A DNA stretch of 64,000 nt from Podarcis vaucheri. Taxonomy: Eukaryota. A model generated the notes under the pieces. The model was given only the letters and a program-made list of their open reading frames with translations, was not told the origin of the DNA and did no database searches. Positions 22,932-36,844 of the stretch are shown here, piece by piece. A program made the translations under genes and the position numbers. Within the stretch, counting starts at the first letter, position 1, and the number at the start of each line of letters is the position of its first letter. The stretch is taken from the NCBI GenBank assembly GCA_965113315.1, contig OZ220376.1. The stretch is one strand, 5' to 3'.

Positions 22932-23917
22932 GTCTCTCCACAAAAAAGCTAGATGTCAAAGGGGAAATGGTTCTAGCTTAGCCTTCACCCTGACTGTGCT
23001 GGTTTTTTATGTTCAGGGATTTATTTTATAATTGAGGGATCAATCATGTAACACACACACACCCCAATCTGAAGTTGGACATCCCAGGCACAGGGTTATC
23101 ACCTCCTTGAGGAGTAAGCCTGAAGAGATGCAATGGAAAACGTCTAGAATATGTAGAGTTTCTTTACCCGTTTGGAAGTCAGAGCAAGTCTTTGTGTGGG
23201 ATGGGCTGCAATTCCTTGGCTTTCCCTATCATGCTAAGTCATAAGTGCCTCCCCACCTTATGTATTCTGGCCTTTCCTCACCCCCAGTCCATGCCCAAAG
23301 AGTTAAGCAAAGCTCCAAGCTCTGCAAAGGGGGTAGCGGAGAGGATGCTCAGACACTGTGATCACATAATTAGAAGCAGGTTCACATTGTCTGATCTGAA
23401 CATAACATACAGTGAGCATAACATACAACAATACAAACAACCAAATAAAAGACTTCCTTTATCCTGCATCTGGCCTCCTTATTTACTTCTTATAAACGGT
23501 TTCCTTTATGAGTAATTATTAAGATTTTTCTAATTATAACTTAAATATCCACAAAGTCTCCTGCAGACATTGACTGAAACAAGTACAGGTATGTATTTTA
23601 AGGCACTGTTTTGTGAAGTATTCTCTGCATTTTCCCCATGCTTTTTGAAACTTGTCTAGTGTGATCTCGAATTGCCTCTGCTAATCTAGCCAGTTCAATA
23701 TACTCTAACAGTTTATCTTGCCATTCCTTTTTTGTTGGCACAGCTTCTTTTTGTTGAATGGTTTCTTTAAATGTAAAGTTCATCATTGTTGTGTCAGCAT
23801 CTGGGTGTAGTATATAAGGAGCAGCACCCAGCTCTCCCATTACCCTGGGGGATGGGCTGGTGGTTGGGCCTGGTTTGTTTGTTGATGTATTTAGTGTAAA
23901 TGGAGTTTTTGTAATTA

Positions 23918-24253
23918 CAGTGGTGCCCCGCAAGACGAATGCCTCGTAAGACGGAAAACCCGCTAGACGAAAGAGTTTTCCGTTTTGGAGGTGCTTCGCA
24001 AAACGAATTTCCTATGGGCTTGCTTCGCAAGACGACAATGTCTTGCGAGTTCCTGCTGGGTTTTTTTCCCTTCCCCCCCTTTTCCTAAGCAGCTAAGCTG
24101 CTTATCAGCTGATCCGATCAGCAGATAAGCCACTAAAAGCCGCTAATAGCGCTAATCTGCTAATCCATCAATGGGCTTGCTTCGCAAGACGAAAAAACCG
24201 CTAGACGAAGAGAATCACAGAACGGATTCTTTTCGTCTTGCGAGGCACCACTG
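23918..24253. mobile_element. Tc1/mariner-pogo type MITE (CAAGACGA family)
   Basis: Same TIRs as 144-380, TA flanks; lies between minus-strand L1-like fragments in SEC11A intron 5. Confidence 0.85.
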
Positions 24254-24896
24254 TAAAAGCTTGTTTAAGTTATTTTTTGAGTCCCTTTTTAATGCATGGT
24301 CTCCCCAGCAAGCTCTCTGCGTTACTATACTGCAAATAGCCAACACGTTTTTCCAGTTTTTAGCAATTAGGATCTTTGCCACTCCTGTGACATAGAGAAC
24401 TATTTTCTGATCTTCTCTTGCTATACCTGTGTCTGTTATCCCTAGTAGAAAAGCTTCTGTATTTTTGTTATGTTCACGTTTAATTAGGGTGGATTTGTGT
24501 ATTGGGGGTGGGGTGGGGGGGTTTGTGTTATGTTGTAAATAAAATTCCAATAAAAATTAAAAATAAAATAAAAACACATTGTCTGATCTGTTTAAAAGGG
24601 GCTCAGGATCTCTATCTGGGACAGTATCTGACTCACTCATCTTGCACAATGGAACTTCCTGTCCCCTTTCCTCTCCCCATGCGCCCACCCCCCACCCCCA
24701 GCTCCACAGGGTTGGGGGAACCCTCAGAGCCAAATTAGGGGATATACAGGGGGAGGAGAGGAAGGAATTCTGTTGCACAAGTGGGAAGAACTGTGAAGAA
24801 CTGCAGAGATCCTGCTAACAATTTTTCTACATAAAAGCTTCCTGCCTAAGGGAGGAAATAATTTCTCCAGCAGATGAACTGCATGGAAGATCATAC

Positions 24897-24954
24897 CTTA
24901 AATTTTGGGTAATCGTTCATAAGGATTGTCACTATTCCAATGTATGGCACAAAT
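24897..24954 (-). CDS. SEC11A: SEC11A exon 5
   Basis: Acceptor tctttctttttag|, FVPYIGIVTILMNDYPKFK, donor AAG|gtatga; 58 nt (too short for the ORF track). Confidence 0.96.
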
Positions 24955-25330
24955 CTAAAAAGAAAGAGATTATGCCACTGTTAGACACACAATGGGTTGA
25001 CTGTTGGTTCTGAAGATGCATTCGATAGATAGGACAAGGCTTTGGCCACATGGAGGAAAAACAAGATGGCCGACTCCTGAAATGGTACCAATTCAGAGAG
25101 CGGGTAGGGGACTGCAACATTTGCATGCTTGCTCTCCGCAAATTCTGCAAGTCAAAAGTTAGCACATTGAGGGAGAACCTCTACCCCAGCCCCTCCCCTT
25201 CTGGTGCTAGTTTCTTTTTACTTTTAACAAAGAGGAATGTTGAAAAATGTGTGCTAAAGACTGACAGCTTCACTGGAAATTGAACATGCAAGGTATGCTA
25301 CACATCGTCCCCTGCTGGCTCATAGCTTAC

Positions 25331-25450
25331 CCTCTTGCTCGCCCCACCACGTCTTTCTTCTCCAGCCAGTGCTGGCCTTGCTTGTACAAGCCTCTGTCAT
25401 CAACAGCATTATTGTCACCCTTCGTCAAGAACTTGATGTCTCCGTTTTGT
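25331..25450 (-). CDS. SEC11A: SEC11A exon 4
   Basis: Acceptor cctccctaag|, [39 protein letters not shown](G), donor GG|gtaagc; 120 nt. Confidence 0.97.
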
Positions 25451-25795
25451 CTTAGGGAGGGAAAACCAGAGTTAGGTAGCTGCTGAAGGGCAACCAAGGA
25501 AGAATCCAGCAACTTTTTAAAATAAAAAAACAACTGGTGTGCCTCTTATTCCTCTGGACAGGATGCCATTGTACAACAGGGTTACAGATGTGTGCAAAGG
25601 TCAGAAATGTAACAAAACATGCCTGCCCCAGAGAGAGAAAATGAATGGGATGCAATTCTGGGAGAGATTCTACAAAATTATCATTACTGATTTTCATTTC
25701 GTTTATTAGTTACTTCTCATGAGACACCCCAAAGCAATTTGAAATAAATTATGCACCTTCAGTCTTAAGATAGCCATGTTGCATGCACTCCTGCA

Positions 25796-25797
<2 letters not shown>

Positions 25798-25831
<34 letters not shown>
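25798..25831. repeat. (CA)n microsatellite
   Basis: Read directly; a (TG)n tract also lies at ~47711-47745 and a (CT)n tract at ~22886-22925. Confidence 0.9.
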
Positions 25832-25835
<4 letters not shown>

Positions 25836-26719
25836 ACTGGAATACTCTGTCAGGTCCAGCAGACTACAGGGTTTAAGGGATGTTGCAAAGCTAAAGGACA
25901 GAGAAAATGTTATCAAGTCAAGCAACTGGGGAGGGGATCACATTAAAAGTAGTTCCTATCAAAAGACAGACAATTTATTTGGTCACTGCAATTTATTTGG
26001 TCACTTTTATGAGAATAGATGTGAGAGGCCTTCTTATAAACATAGAATGCAAGATCCAATAAACAGTCCAATAAACTCAGCGGGGGACAACGACGGGGGG
26101 GACGGGGACGACGACACAGGAACAGCAGCATTCATCCAATAAACTGTGCCGCAGCATAAAATAGCCATGGTTTAGATTCCACATCTATTCCAGAACTGCA
26201 AATACCCCCACTAAGCCAAGGACAGAATGCTATTTCCTGTGTTATTTCCAAGGCAGCCAAACACGTTCAGACATCACACACCCTTATCTTGTGATCTTTA
26301 AAGGATCAGGAAGCAGCTTCCTCTTCTCTTCAAGCACTGGACTTAATAAAACTATTCCAGGTTTAACCAAACTAGTTTGCCGATCTGAATCAGTAACCTG
26401 TGATTTGAACAAGCTGTTCAAATACAATTTCAAAATGAGGATCAAATCATGACTGCACTCCTGGTTCAGAGGGTTTGCTCAAGCCAACTTGATGGTTTGG
26501 ATGCAATGGCAGGCTGTGGTTTATTCAAACCACAAACCAACAAATGAAACTGAGCATAGAAGAGGAGACGGGATTGCACAAGCACAGAACTTGTTCTCTA
26601 TCCTCTAAACCATGGTAATGTGACATCTGAACGCAGACGCTGTCTGGAAAAGGATTCCAGCATAAGGCGACATGTCAGCAGACTTTTGCAGCAATCACCA
26701 TCCAGAAAGGTACACGTAC

Positions 26720-26869
26720 TTTTCATGAATTTTCAAAACCCGATGCACTATTGGAATTTCCCTTCCTTCTATCCTAAAGACCACGATTTCGCCCACTCTG
26801 ATTGGCTCCTCGATACGATTGGTTAAGAACAGGAGATCTCCTCTGTGAAATGCAGGCTCCATACTGCCG
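26720..26869 (-). CDS. SEC11A: SEC11A exon 3 (catalytic Ser of SGSMEP; His of IVHR)
   Basis: Acceptor ttgtcttccag|, (S)[49 protein letters not shown](K), donor AA|gtacgt; 150 nt. Confidence 0.97.
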
Positions 26870-29513
26870 CTGGAAGACAAAGCCATGGGTTAATGAGCAC
26901 AGCGTTTGTGTCCTGAGATATCATCACCCAGGGTGGTTTTGAAGGGCTACAGGACTGCTAGAATGGACTAAGCTACACCAGCTATCACTTTAAGAATGAA
27001 ATACAGCGGGAATCTTCATGTGCATGCAAATGAAAACTCCCGGGAATCTAATTCCTCATGTGCTGCAGTAAGGGGCTGTTATTGATTCTCTCCATCACCA
27101 GCATTATTTTATCCCAGGCACTGCTAGGTCATTACTGATGTCTGGGAAATGGCAAAGTGATTCAAAATCCTTAACCTTTCAAATTTTACAATAATTGATC
27201 TAGTGCAGGCAGAGATGCTGAACTTTGTAAGCATTGTGCATCTGTATGTTATGCCTCCAGTTGCCAGGAAATACTGACATTCTGACAAGGAAAGCAAAGA
27301 CAAAGAGGGAGTCTTCTGGTGTCTGATTTCAAGCTCTGGCAGAAGATCTGCAGATAGTGCAAGCCATCAGCCATATGGGATGTAAGCTTAGGGATGAAGA
27401 TTCGGAATATTATTTGGCTATTGCAATCTTCGTCAACCTGAAGCCCTCCAGATGTTGGGACTACAACTCCCATCAACCCTTATAGAAAACAACTACATCT
27501 GAATGGCCCCAAACTGGGGAACATCGGCCTACTGTCTAACACCAGGGTTTTCTTCAGAACTGCTTCTTCCTGTATAAACATTTTAGAGGAAATTGCACAG
27601 CATCTGAAGCCCTTCTTACAGTCCCACCATTGATGGAGGCTCATAGAAACACAAGAGATGGCCTTCTCAGTAGTGGCCCCATACTGTGGAACAACACTCT
27701 AAGATGGGTATATTTGGTATCCTAGGACTGCTCCTTTTCTGTGTGTGTGTGTGTTTGTTTTAATTGAAGCATTTTAGGATTTGTTCCATTTTTAAGGACT
27801 CTGTTTATATTTTAATCAGTTTTATTGTTAGAGTATTGTTTCATTTTGTTTGTTGTTATGTGTCTTGTGTCTGCATCACAAAGAAAGCTGGTATAGACAT
27901 GTTATCGTAAGTACAGGCAGCAAATGTTTTAGGTGTGTCTGATATGTGTGCAACCGCACAAACGTGCATCATGTCAAACCAGGAAGTAACCCTAAAATGT
28001 CACAAAGAGGGGGCAGAACAAGGTGTATGAAGGCTTTTCCATGGGTGTTCCGCTAAGAAGCTATTTTACACCATCGTGCTATGACCCGGAACGCAACCCC
28101 TGCGCAAATGGGGAGTTGCCTGTATACAAAATCCAGCCCATCTGAAGCTCCTTTACTGTACTGCCACACCTGACAATGGGAACTTTTCCAAGAAGTAATG
28201 AGCTCTACAGGAGTCCTTGACATGTTACACTCTTGCCCATGAGTCCATCTCACGGCATGGCTGTTAATGTTTAAAGAAGGGATGGGGAACCTGTGCTGCC
28301 CAGATACTGTAGGACCAGGATTCCCACCATCCCTGACCATTGCGCAGAAGCTGGAGGCCAAGAACATCTGGAGGGCTGAAGGTTACCCATTAAGTGGACT
28401 CAACTGCATGCAGAAGGCAGAGAGATAAAAATTCACAAGGCCTTCTATCCTTGCAGCTAAAAGTGCCAGAAAAGAAATACACCGCCAGCTCTCTCAGGAC
28501 AGTCTGTACTGAGGAAGCCAGGAAGCTGCACTTTATTGTGCCTTTTAGTCTTCCCTGCCAGCTGACTTGGACTACTGATCTCTTGGCAGCCTTTCTTTTC
28601 ATTTCATACGCATTAATATATGGGTAGGAAGAAACGGATCTTGGCTCTTCTCAAGCTGTGGGTCCATGTTTTCCCTTTTATGTAACAGTTTAGTACTATT
28701 ATTCACCTTGCTGGCTCCATTAGAGTAGCAGCTTCAAAGGCAGCTGTAGAAGACCTAGGTAACCCTGGGAATCTATCCTGGAGTATATGAAGATCTGCCA
28801 GCATTAGCCCAACTATTTTACTACTATAATCAAGCTATCAGAAACCCCATAGCTCAAGTGGCCACCAGTGGAGATGGTCTGGCCTACCTCACAGCAAAAT
28901 GCACGTTCAGAACTCTGGATAGCTTTACTGTCTCTTTCTGCTCTGCAGCCCCAGTTTTAAGCCCAACCCGCTCCCATTAAAAGGGCCTCAGGAGGCACAT
29001 CTAGGAAAGTAATACACTGGAAGTCTTTGTGGTCTGCTGTCAATCAAACTAGACAACACTGGACTAGATAGCCCAAGGAGCTGACTTCATATGAAGAGAT
29101 ATGTTCATATTCCTAGAATGCCTCCCCTCAAGGGCTAATTACTCTCTTCTTCAAACGATCTCTCCCTCCCTACATTAAAAGTGTAATGCCTATCTTGAAA
29201 AATACAGTTTACTTAATAATGGACAGGCCCTTTTGCACTCTGTCACCCAAGAAACGCACCCCCTACTTGGTGGGCTTTTGAATATTTTGGGGTTTGCACC
29301 CTGCCTTTTTACAGATGTTTCAATAGCAGTTTCTTGCTATTCTGGGTTTCATAGGCCCGTCTGTCAAGATGGCAGTGGTGAAAGGGTCTGTGCTGGTTGG
29401 CAGAGGCCATGCCCAGAAGATGCTCCAGCCCAGAGAAGCCATTCCAGGCTATCTGAGCTCCAGCAATCCTTGAGGTCTCACCCTGCAACCAGAGATTCCC
29501 AGCACAGTTTTAC

Positions 29514-29623
29514 CTAAGCACGACCACGATGGGGCTTTCACTGCCCGTTGCCACCATCAGCCCCTTCCAGATCATCAGCGCTGAGGAAACGATCATCCCA
29601 AAGTTCAGCACCTGGTAATACAG
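29514..29623 (-). CDS. SEC11A: SEC11A exon 2
   Basis: Acceptor ccccctcccag|, [36 protein letters not shown], donor AG|gtaaaa; 110 nt. Confidence 0.97.
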
Positions 29624-31438
29624 CTGGGAGGGGGTGAAGGGGACAAGGGTGAGGTAGGCACTGAGAACACAAAAGCCACCCCACTGCCCAAGATACATAG
29701 GCACAAAGATCTCTCTCAAGAGAAACCCCACTCCAAAAAGCCCACCCTGCTTTCTCTAACTGTAGTTGGCAAACTTGTTTCATCTGCAAGTCCCATCACT
29801 GTCAACAGCACTACTTGGGAGTAAGTGGAGTGCAACCAGCAGCTTGCCTGGACATACAATTACATTTGAATTCTCAAGAACTGGTAAAACAGTGGAACCC
29901 AGTTCAAATAAAGTGGTTTAAACTGATAGCTTTAAATATTCTGAGACTCGATATTGTCTGGAGGTCAACATACTGGATCTGAATTTTAATGCCTATGCCC
30001 ACTTTTGCACTAATCACACATCAGACCTGGGGGGTCGGTCATGGGTTTTGTGGCCCTTTGCCCCAAAACAGGTTAGTCACACTTGCCCTTCAGTCCTCTG
30101 CTGTCTCCTTGGGGGATACTGAAGACTAGTTTTTGCACAGGGGCCAATTAATGGACTTCCAATCTTGCAGCAGGATGTTGGGACTTTGGATGGTTTTATA
30201 GGCGCTCCGTGCTAACAGCTCAACTCTTCCTACTGATAGCAAATCACCTTGAGTCCAGCAGCTGAACACTGCTTCATGCAAGTGTCGCATGACAGCACCC
30301 CTTCCCACCACACCTTCAAGCTGCAATCTTAGCCACACTTAATTGAAAGTAAATTCTTTTCAATTGGTAGCACTTAGTTCTAAATAAATAAGCATGAGTT
30401 CATATTGCATGGCTTCAATCCTTTGCAAACGGAAGCAAGCTCCACTAAACACAGCAGGCCTTACTTCCAAATTGCCTTATCTACAATCTGTTTGCTCTTA
30501 ATCTCCAGTTGAGCCAAGGAAAAGGAAAGAGCATCCTTTACCTGGACAAACCAAGTGGGAGCAAGTCTGATCCAAGGTGGGTCACAACAGCATTATCACC
30601 ATGCAATGATGCAAATATATGGTAAAGGATTAAGAAATCTGTCCCCAAATTCATGCTTGGTTAAAGGTACGTTCAAGGTTGGAAAAGGTTGAAGATACCT
30701 GCCAAACCCCATTTCAAAGCCATCTAAGGCCAATTATAAGCACATACTGTATTGAAATCAATGGGGTTTCTTTCTAAATAAAGATGTTTAGCCTCAGGCT
30801 GTAAGCCAGGGGAGGCAACATCATGTAACATCAAATTTCCTAAGGTTGCCACCTTAGACACGACTGACTTCTGAGTAAAATTGCTTTGCACACAGCAAGT
30901 GGCATACTACTTGAAGTACGGTCCCTCCCCAACATGCAATTTTAATTGACAGTGCACACCATCATAAAAAGGATTTCACTGCAAATCAAGACCGTAAAGG
31001 ATCAGGGAGCAGCTCATTTTGAAAGACTCTGGAAATCCATTGCTTGTCAAATCAGACATCACTGAGCTAGATAAATATACAGGTGTCAACCTAGCAGAAG
31101 GAAGCTCCCTGTGTTCTTAAAACAATGTGCTATGTGAAGAGGGCCCATTGCGTAGGGGGGAAAGCCACAATCCAACAGGCAAAGCACCTACTTTTGCATG
31201 CTCAAGGTCCTAGGTTCAATCTGCAATGGCATCTTCAGGCTGGGGGAAGCTCCTTGCCTGAAGACCTCAAAGAGCTACTTATTGCCTGTTAGTACTGACA
31301 ATAATGAGCTGGATGGACCAATGAGAATCCCGACTCCCAGCTTCCTATGCTCTGTCAGTGGCTCTCAAAGGTTGTGGTGGGAAGATTCACGGGCAATCAA
31401 AGAAACACTCAAATATTTCAGTGTAGTTTAGCACAGTA

Positions 31439-31680
31439 CAGTGGTACCTCGTGTTACGCACTTAATCTGTTCCGGAGGTCTGTTCGTAGCATGAAACTGC
31501 CAGTAACATGAGGTGTGCTTTCTCCAATGGCGCCTCCCATTGATGCCGTGCCACCGGAGCGCAACTTCCGCTCACATCCCGGGGCAAAGGTTGCAACAAG
31601 GGGCATCTACTTCCGGGTTAGAGGAGCACGTAACCCGCAGCATTCGTAAGGGGGGCGGTACGTAACACGAGGCACCACTG
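31439..31680. mobile_element. Tc1/mariner-pogo type MITE
   Basis: TIRs cagtggtacctcgtgttacg / cgtaacacgaggcaccactg, TA flanks. Confidence 0.85.
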
Positions 31681-31784
31681 TATCAAAATAATTATTTTTA
31701 TTTGCAGAATGTGCACAGATATCTTTTCAAAATGAGAGCAAGAGCACCACGTGATACCGAGGACAATCCTAGCTGTGTTGTCCA

Positions 31785-31925
31785 CAGTGGCGTAGCGTGG
31801 GGGGTGCAGGGGGGGCCGGCCGCACCGGGCGCAACCTCTGGGGGTTAGGGGGCGCAAATCCACGGGTTAGGGGGCGCAAATTACTTGCCTTGCCCCGGGT
31901 GCTGACAACCCACGCTACGCCACTG
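31785..31925. mobile_element. hAT MITE in SEC11A intron 1
   Basis: 17-bp TIRs and 8-bp TSD gttgtcca (31777-31784 / 31926-31933). Confidence 0.92.
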
Positions 31926-31938
31926 GTTGTCCATTGTA

Positions 31939-32163
31939 CAGTGGTACCTCGGGTTACATATGCTTCAGGTTACAGACTCCGCTAACCCAGAAATAGTACC
32001 TCGGGTTAAGAACTTTGCTTCAGGATGAGAACAGAAATTGTGCCCGGCGGCGCAGCAGCAGCAGGAGGCCCCATTAGCTAAAGTGGTGCTTCAGGTTAAG
32101 AACAGTTTCGGCTTAAGAACAGACCTCCGGAAAGACTTAAGTACTTAACCCGAGGTACCACTG
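31939..32163. mobile_element. Tc1/mariner-pogo type MITE
   Basis: TIRs cagtggtacctcgggtta / taacccgaggtaccactg. Confidence 0.85.
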
Positions 32164-32727
32164 CATTTATAATGAATAAAAAAGTTGGTGTGGTGTGAGC
32201 AAAGTTTGAGAACCACGGCTCTATGCTGTTTGTCCTAAATCTACGGCCAGCGAGGATCTTCCATCACTAGGTAGCTCCTCCCTGCCTCCAAGTTCTGCCA
32301 TTAAGGGAGGGAGGGATATCAAAGTCTAGTTTTGATTCTGTTAATGTTTAATTGTTTTTTAAATTATTCCCCCCCCCCGCCTCCCCTATGTTCTTAGCTT
32401 TTCTTGGTTTTATCTGCAAGCCGCCTTGGGTCCCTGTCAGGGAAAAAGGCGGGGTTTAAATTAATTAATCCTCCTCCCCCCTCAAGGCGACCCCTCAGGC
32501 CTTTGATCCTACGAGGCTACACAACCCCTCCCCCCACCCTTTCCTCCCCCCTCCGGCGCTGCGGCTCCCCTCCCCCCCTCTCAGGGGCTGCAGCTCCCCT
32601 CCCCCTCCCTTTTCTCCCCCCTCCGGGGCTGCAGCTCCCCTTCCCTCCCCCCTTCCTTTTCTCTTTCCCTCCCCCTCTCTCCCCCGTGGCCCTCGGCTCC
32701 CCGTCCCCTCCGGGCGTCCTCGCGCAC

Positions 32728-32778
32728 CTGCCGCTTATTCATCCGCCGAACATCGTCTAAGAAATCCAGAGAAAGCAT
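32728..32778 (-). CDS. SEC11A: Signal peptidase complex catalytic subunit SEC11A, exon 1
   Basis: MLSLDFLDDVRRMNKRQ is the SEC11A-type N-terminus (SEC11C is longer and different). Donor CAG|gtgcgc. Confidence 0.96.
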
Positions 32779-33010
32779 CACGGGGGACTTGGGGAGGGAG
32801 AGGTGGGGGGGAACAAAAAAAATGCCAGCGCCGGGGAAACCAATGGAGCCCCGCACTTCCGCTTCCGGTCGACTGACACCGCTTCCGCCCAGCCCGACCA
32901 TGGAGATCCATTCCCCAGAGCGGCCCGAGGGAAGCTGGTCCTCCCCGCCCCGCCCCTCCCGGAGCTGCACGCGCGGAGGAAGATGAAGGCAGAACGTTTA
33001 AGAAACCGAG
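32779..33010 (-). promoter_or_regulatory. SEC11A TATA-less CpG-island promoter / 5' UTR
   Basis: CpG-rich. Tandem ETS/GABP-type motifs (minus CCGGAAGCGGAAGTG, about 32854-32868; a further GGCGGAAGC near 32881-32889) and GC boxes near 32943-32955. Confidence 0.7.
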
Positions 33011-33014
33011 GCGC

Positions 33015-33147
33015 TTATTTTAAAATAGGATTTTTTATTAAATTTTGTTTTACAATTTCAGATAAACATTTCCCATACTTGAGATATCCATGACTTCCCT
33101 TCTTCTCTTTCCATGGTCCATTTTATATACATATCTTATACCCCTGC

Positions 33148-33190
<43 letters not shown>

Positions 33191-33710
33191 TTATTATTTA
33201 TACCCCGCCCATCTGGCTGAGTTTCCCAAGCCACTCTGGGCGGCTCCCAATCAAGTGTTCAAAACAGTACAAAAACTATTATCAATCGGTTTTCCATTAT
33301 TGCATCCATCAAAACTTATTTACACTGTTGAATTTATCTTAATGCTGCCAGCGTTTTCAGCTGTACACAATTATTTTCCATATATTCAACAAACGTTTTC
33401 CAAACGTCTTTCAAGGTAGGTTCTTGTTCTCTTATTCTATAATGTTAAGTCTGCAAGTTGTGCATATTCTGTCAACTTAAGTTGCCATTCTTCTTTGGTT
33501 AGGACCTGGCTCATATTCCATTTTGGGTCTAACAAAACACAGGCTGCAATTGTTGCACATATAAATAACATTTCCTGACGCCGGGGGAAATTTCAATCTC
33601 AATTACCCCCAACAGATAGGACTGTAATTTTAAGCATTTTTTTTCAATCATTTCCCAACATTCATTTACCCTTTTGTATGTCCACCACATATCAAATAAC
33701 ATTCCCTGCA
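33015..33710 (-). mobile_element. L1-clade LINE 3' fragment with a nested (AAT)n/L2-tail insert
   Basis: Minus-strand ...HMWWT...LLG...WQLKL-like remnants and A-rich tail; abuts the SEC11A promoter. Confidence 0.65.
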
Positions 33711-34192
33711 CCTCTACACTTCCCAGAGGTGCTTGTGTGTGTGTGTGTTCGTAAATTATGGGCTCACAGAGCGCATTTCCTTTTTTATTGCAGTGGTTTG
33801 AAGATCATTTATGAATTGCATTTTCCCATCCTGTCCAAAGAGGTAAAGGAGCAGTGTTCTGTGCTCCTCCTTTATTAGCACAACATCCCTGTAAAGTAGG
33901 CAAGGCTGAGACCTGAAGGTCGTCCAATGATCACCAAAACTGCTCTGTTGCAACTCCCAGTGGCAGATCCACCCATTTGCATTGAGGAGAGACAGCCAGG
34001 CTTGTTCTGTTTGCTTTTCTTGCAAACCTAGCTGCAGCGGAGGTAAAGGAGGCATGGAAGAATGTAAGAAGTATTAAGAAGCAGTGTCCCTTCCATTAAC
34101 AGTTTGGAGACTTGCATTTGCTTGTTTCCTTCTTCCTCCAAATTGCCCCAATGTATCATGTTTCTTGCATTGTATGCCCAAGGGTAGGGCCT

Positions 34193-34625
34193 GTAAAGGT
34201 AAAGGATAAAGGGACGCCTGACCATTAGGTACAGTTGCGGACGACTCTGGGGTTGCGGCGCTCATCTCGCTTTATTGGCCGAGGGAGCCAGCATACAGCT
34301 TCCGGGTCATGTGGCCAGCATGACTAAGCCGCTTCTGGCGAACCAGAGCAGCGCACGGAAACACCATTTACCTTCCCGCTGGAGCAGCACCTATTGATCT
34401 ACTTGCACTTTGATGTGCTTTTGAACTGCTAGAGCAGCGCATGGAAACGCTGTTTACCTTCCCGCTGGAGCGGTACCTATTTATTTACTTGCACGTGCTT
34501 TCAAACTTCTAGGTTGGCAGGAGCAGGGACCGAGCAACGGGAGCTTACCCCGTTGCGGGGCTTCGAACCGCCGACCTTCTGATCAGCAAGTCCTAGGCTC
34601 TGTGGTCTAACCCACAGCAGCACCC
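34193..34625 (-). mobile_element. Sauria SINE with an internal tandem duplication
   Basis: A segment of about 85 bp (agagcagcgca...actgctag) is present twice, at ~34345-34430 and ~34431-34512. Confidence 0.88.
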
Positions 34626-35289
34626 TATTTGCCAAAAATCTGTCTACGGTGCTTGTTTTAGGTACTTTAAATAATAATGAAGTATAAATTAAGAGAAGCA
34701 ACTGAATATTTGTCAGGTCTCCCCAAATCAAGTCCAGCCTTTTAACTTGCGAGAAGTGGGGTTACAGGGGACCAGGCAGAGGGCCTTCTCGGTAGTGGCG
34801 CCCGCCCTGTGGAACACCCTCCCATCAGATGTCAAGCAAATAAACAACTATCTGACTTTTAGAAGACATCTGAAATATTTAATGTCTGTTTTACAATTTT
34901 TAATGTGTTGGATGCCGCCCATAGTGACTGAGGGAACCCAGTCAGATGGGCAGGGTATAAATAATAAAATTATTATTAATATTATTAAACCTCCACACAA
35001 TATTAGTGTTATGTGATGAATTGGGAAGTGTAAAAGGAGATTAGTAAATGAATCTTGATGGCTGCAGAAACCTGCACCCCCCCATTTAATAAAATGAAAA
35101 CTGTATCGCTATTATTTCTGGTAATTATGCTTTAAGAGCAGAACAACACAATGCACCTTGCGCTCCATTAGTTTTTATCTTGGACAGGCAGAAAATTATC
35201 AGGTGGAGCCTCATTGTTGCTTCTCCTATCGACTTTCTGCTTGTCATAATGCATTTAAAAAACAGGAGCCCTGATATGCAAACATCATG

Positions 35290-35710
35290 CTTTTGGGCCC
35301 AGTGCAGTCGGGCCAGGATCAGTGTAATATGCTCAAACCATCTTCTCCTGGTGAACAACCTGGTCATCCAAATCTGTAGCAGCTGAAGTTTCCGAACTGT
35401 ATACAGAGACACATTGCAGTAATCTAGCCTAGAGGTTATCAGAGCACAGATGACCAAAGTTAGGCTTTCCCTGTCCAGATAGGGGTGCAGCTGGAGGAAT
35501 GCAGTCCGCACCACTGAGGCCACCTGAGCCAAGGATCTAGGAGCGCCCCCAAGCTATGTACCCACTCCTTCAGAGGGAGTGCAACCTCATCAAGAGCAGG
35601 CCATCTCCCATCTATCCAGTCTAGGGAACCGCCCACTCACAGTACCTCCATCTTATCTGGATTGAGTTTCAGTTTGTTGGCTCTCATTCAGTCCATTACC
35701 GAGGCAATAC
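35290..35710 (-). mobile_element. L2/CR1-superfamily LINE ORF2 fragment
   Basis: Minus-strand ...ALITSRLDYCN...RKLQLLQ...HITLILARLHW motifs. Confidence 0.75.
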
Positions 35711-36425
35711 ATTAAGTAGACTGAAATCTGAGAAGGAACTTAATGGTGGTGGGATCAGTTCGGTTCGAGGAACTGGCCTTATGGAGGAACAATACACAAT
35801 GCAGTATTATGCGAAGATGCCAGATGCGGTATTGGAAATAATTTATCTAAAGCAGTGTATTAGTCCTGGTTGAGATTATTGCATCAGACTTATTTTTTTA
35901 AAAAAAACGGGGTGATTATGTTGGAACAAAAACAGGAGTCTTGGGACCGTTTAACCTGACTTAATGCAACACACTCATATGTCACTCATGTTAAACTCCT
36001 GCCGTAAGACTCTTGATGGTTTTGCTGTAATAGACTATTAAGGCCACACTGCTGGAATCATATTGGAGAGCATTGCCATTTTGGTTCATAGCTGGAGCTG
36101 CTGCAGATTACTTTTTGGAAAGGGCATATACTGTACAAGGGTCATGAGCTTGCCTCTGGAACACTAAATGCGTATCTAATATTCAGGTGTGCATGTAACT
36201 GCATAAGAAACCCAAATTATCTACTGGCTGGAGAGGGATCATGTTTCCAATTGCACAAACTCATATTTATTGGGGAGCAGGGATATGTTGATATTGGCAG
36301 CCGTTAAATCTGACGGAAGCATTCAGATGCTACCTCTGACAAGTCACCCTCTCCCCACTTTGCTAGCAAATCTTTCTAGATTTTATTGCACAGGAGATGG
36401 AATCTGGAGGCATTAAAGTAGGGTA

Positions 36426-36762
36426 AGGTAAAGGGACCCCTGACCATTAGGTCCAGTCGTGACCGACTCTGGGGTTGTGGTGCTCATCTCGTTTTACTGG
36501 CAAAGGGAGCCGGCATACAGATGGTCATGTGGCCAGCAGGACTAAGCCACTTCTGGCGAACCAGAGCAGTGCACTGAAACACCGTTTACCTTCCTGCTGG
36601 AGTGGTACCTATTTATCTACTTGCACTTTGGAGTGCTTTCAAACTGCTAGGTTGGCAGGAGCAGGGACCGAGCAACGGGAGCTCACCCCTTCACGGGGAT
36701 TTGAACCGCCGACCTTCTGATCCGCAAGCCCTAGGCTCTGAGGTTTAACCCACAGCGCCACC
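36426..36762 (-). mobile_element. Sauria SINE
   Basis: TSD cattaaagtagggta (36411-36425 / 36763-36777). Confidence 0.9.
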
Positions 36763-36844
36763 CATTAAAGTAGGGTATGGCAATTAAATTCAGCTGAGCC
36801 TTCCCAACTGCTGAATGTTGGCAAGCTGCAATTGTATACACTTA

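Noticed and set aside
32779-32970. In-frame N-terminal extension of SEC11A (upstream ATG near 32901)
   Set aside because: Runs through the ETS-motif core promoter, probably upstream of the TSS; the conserved protein starts at 32778.
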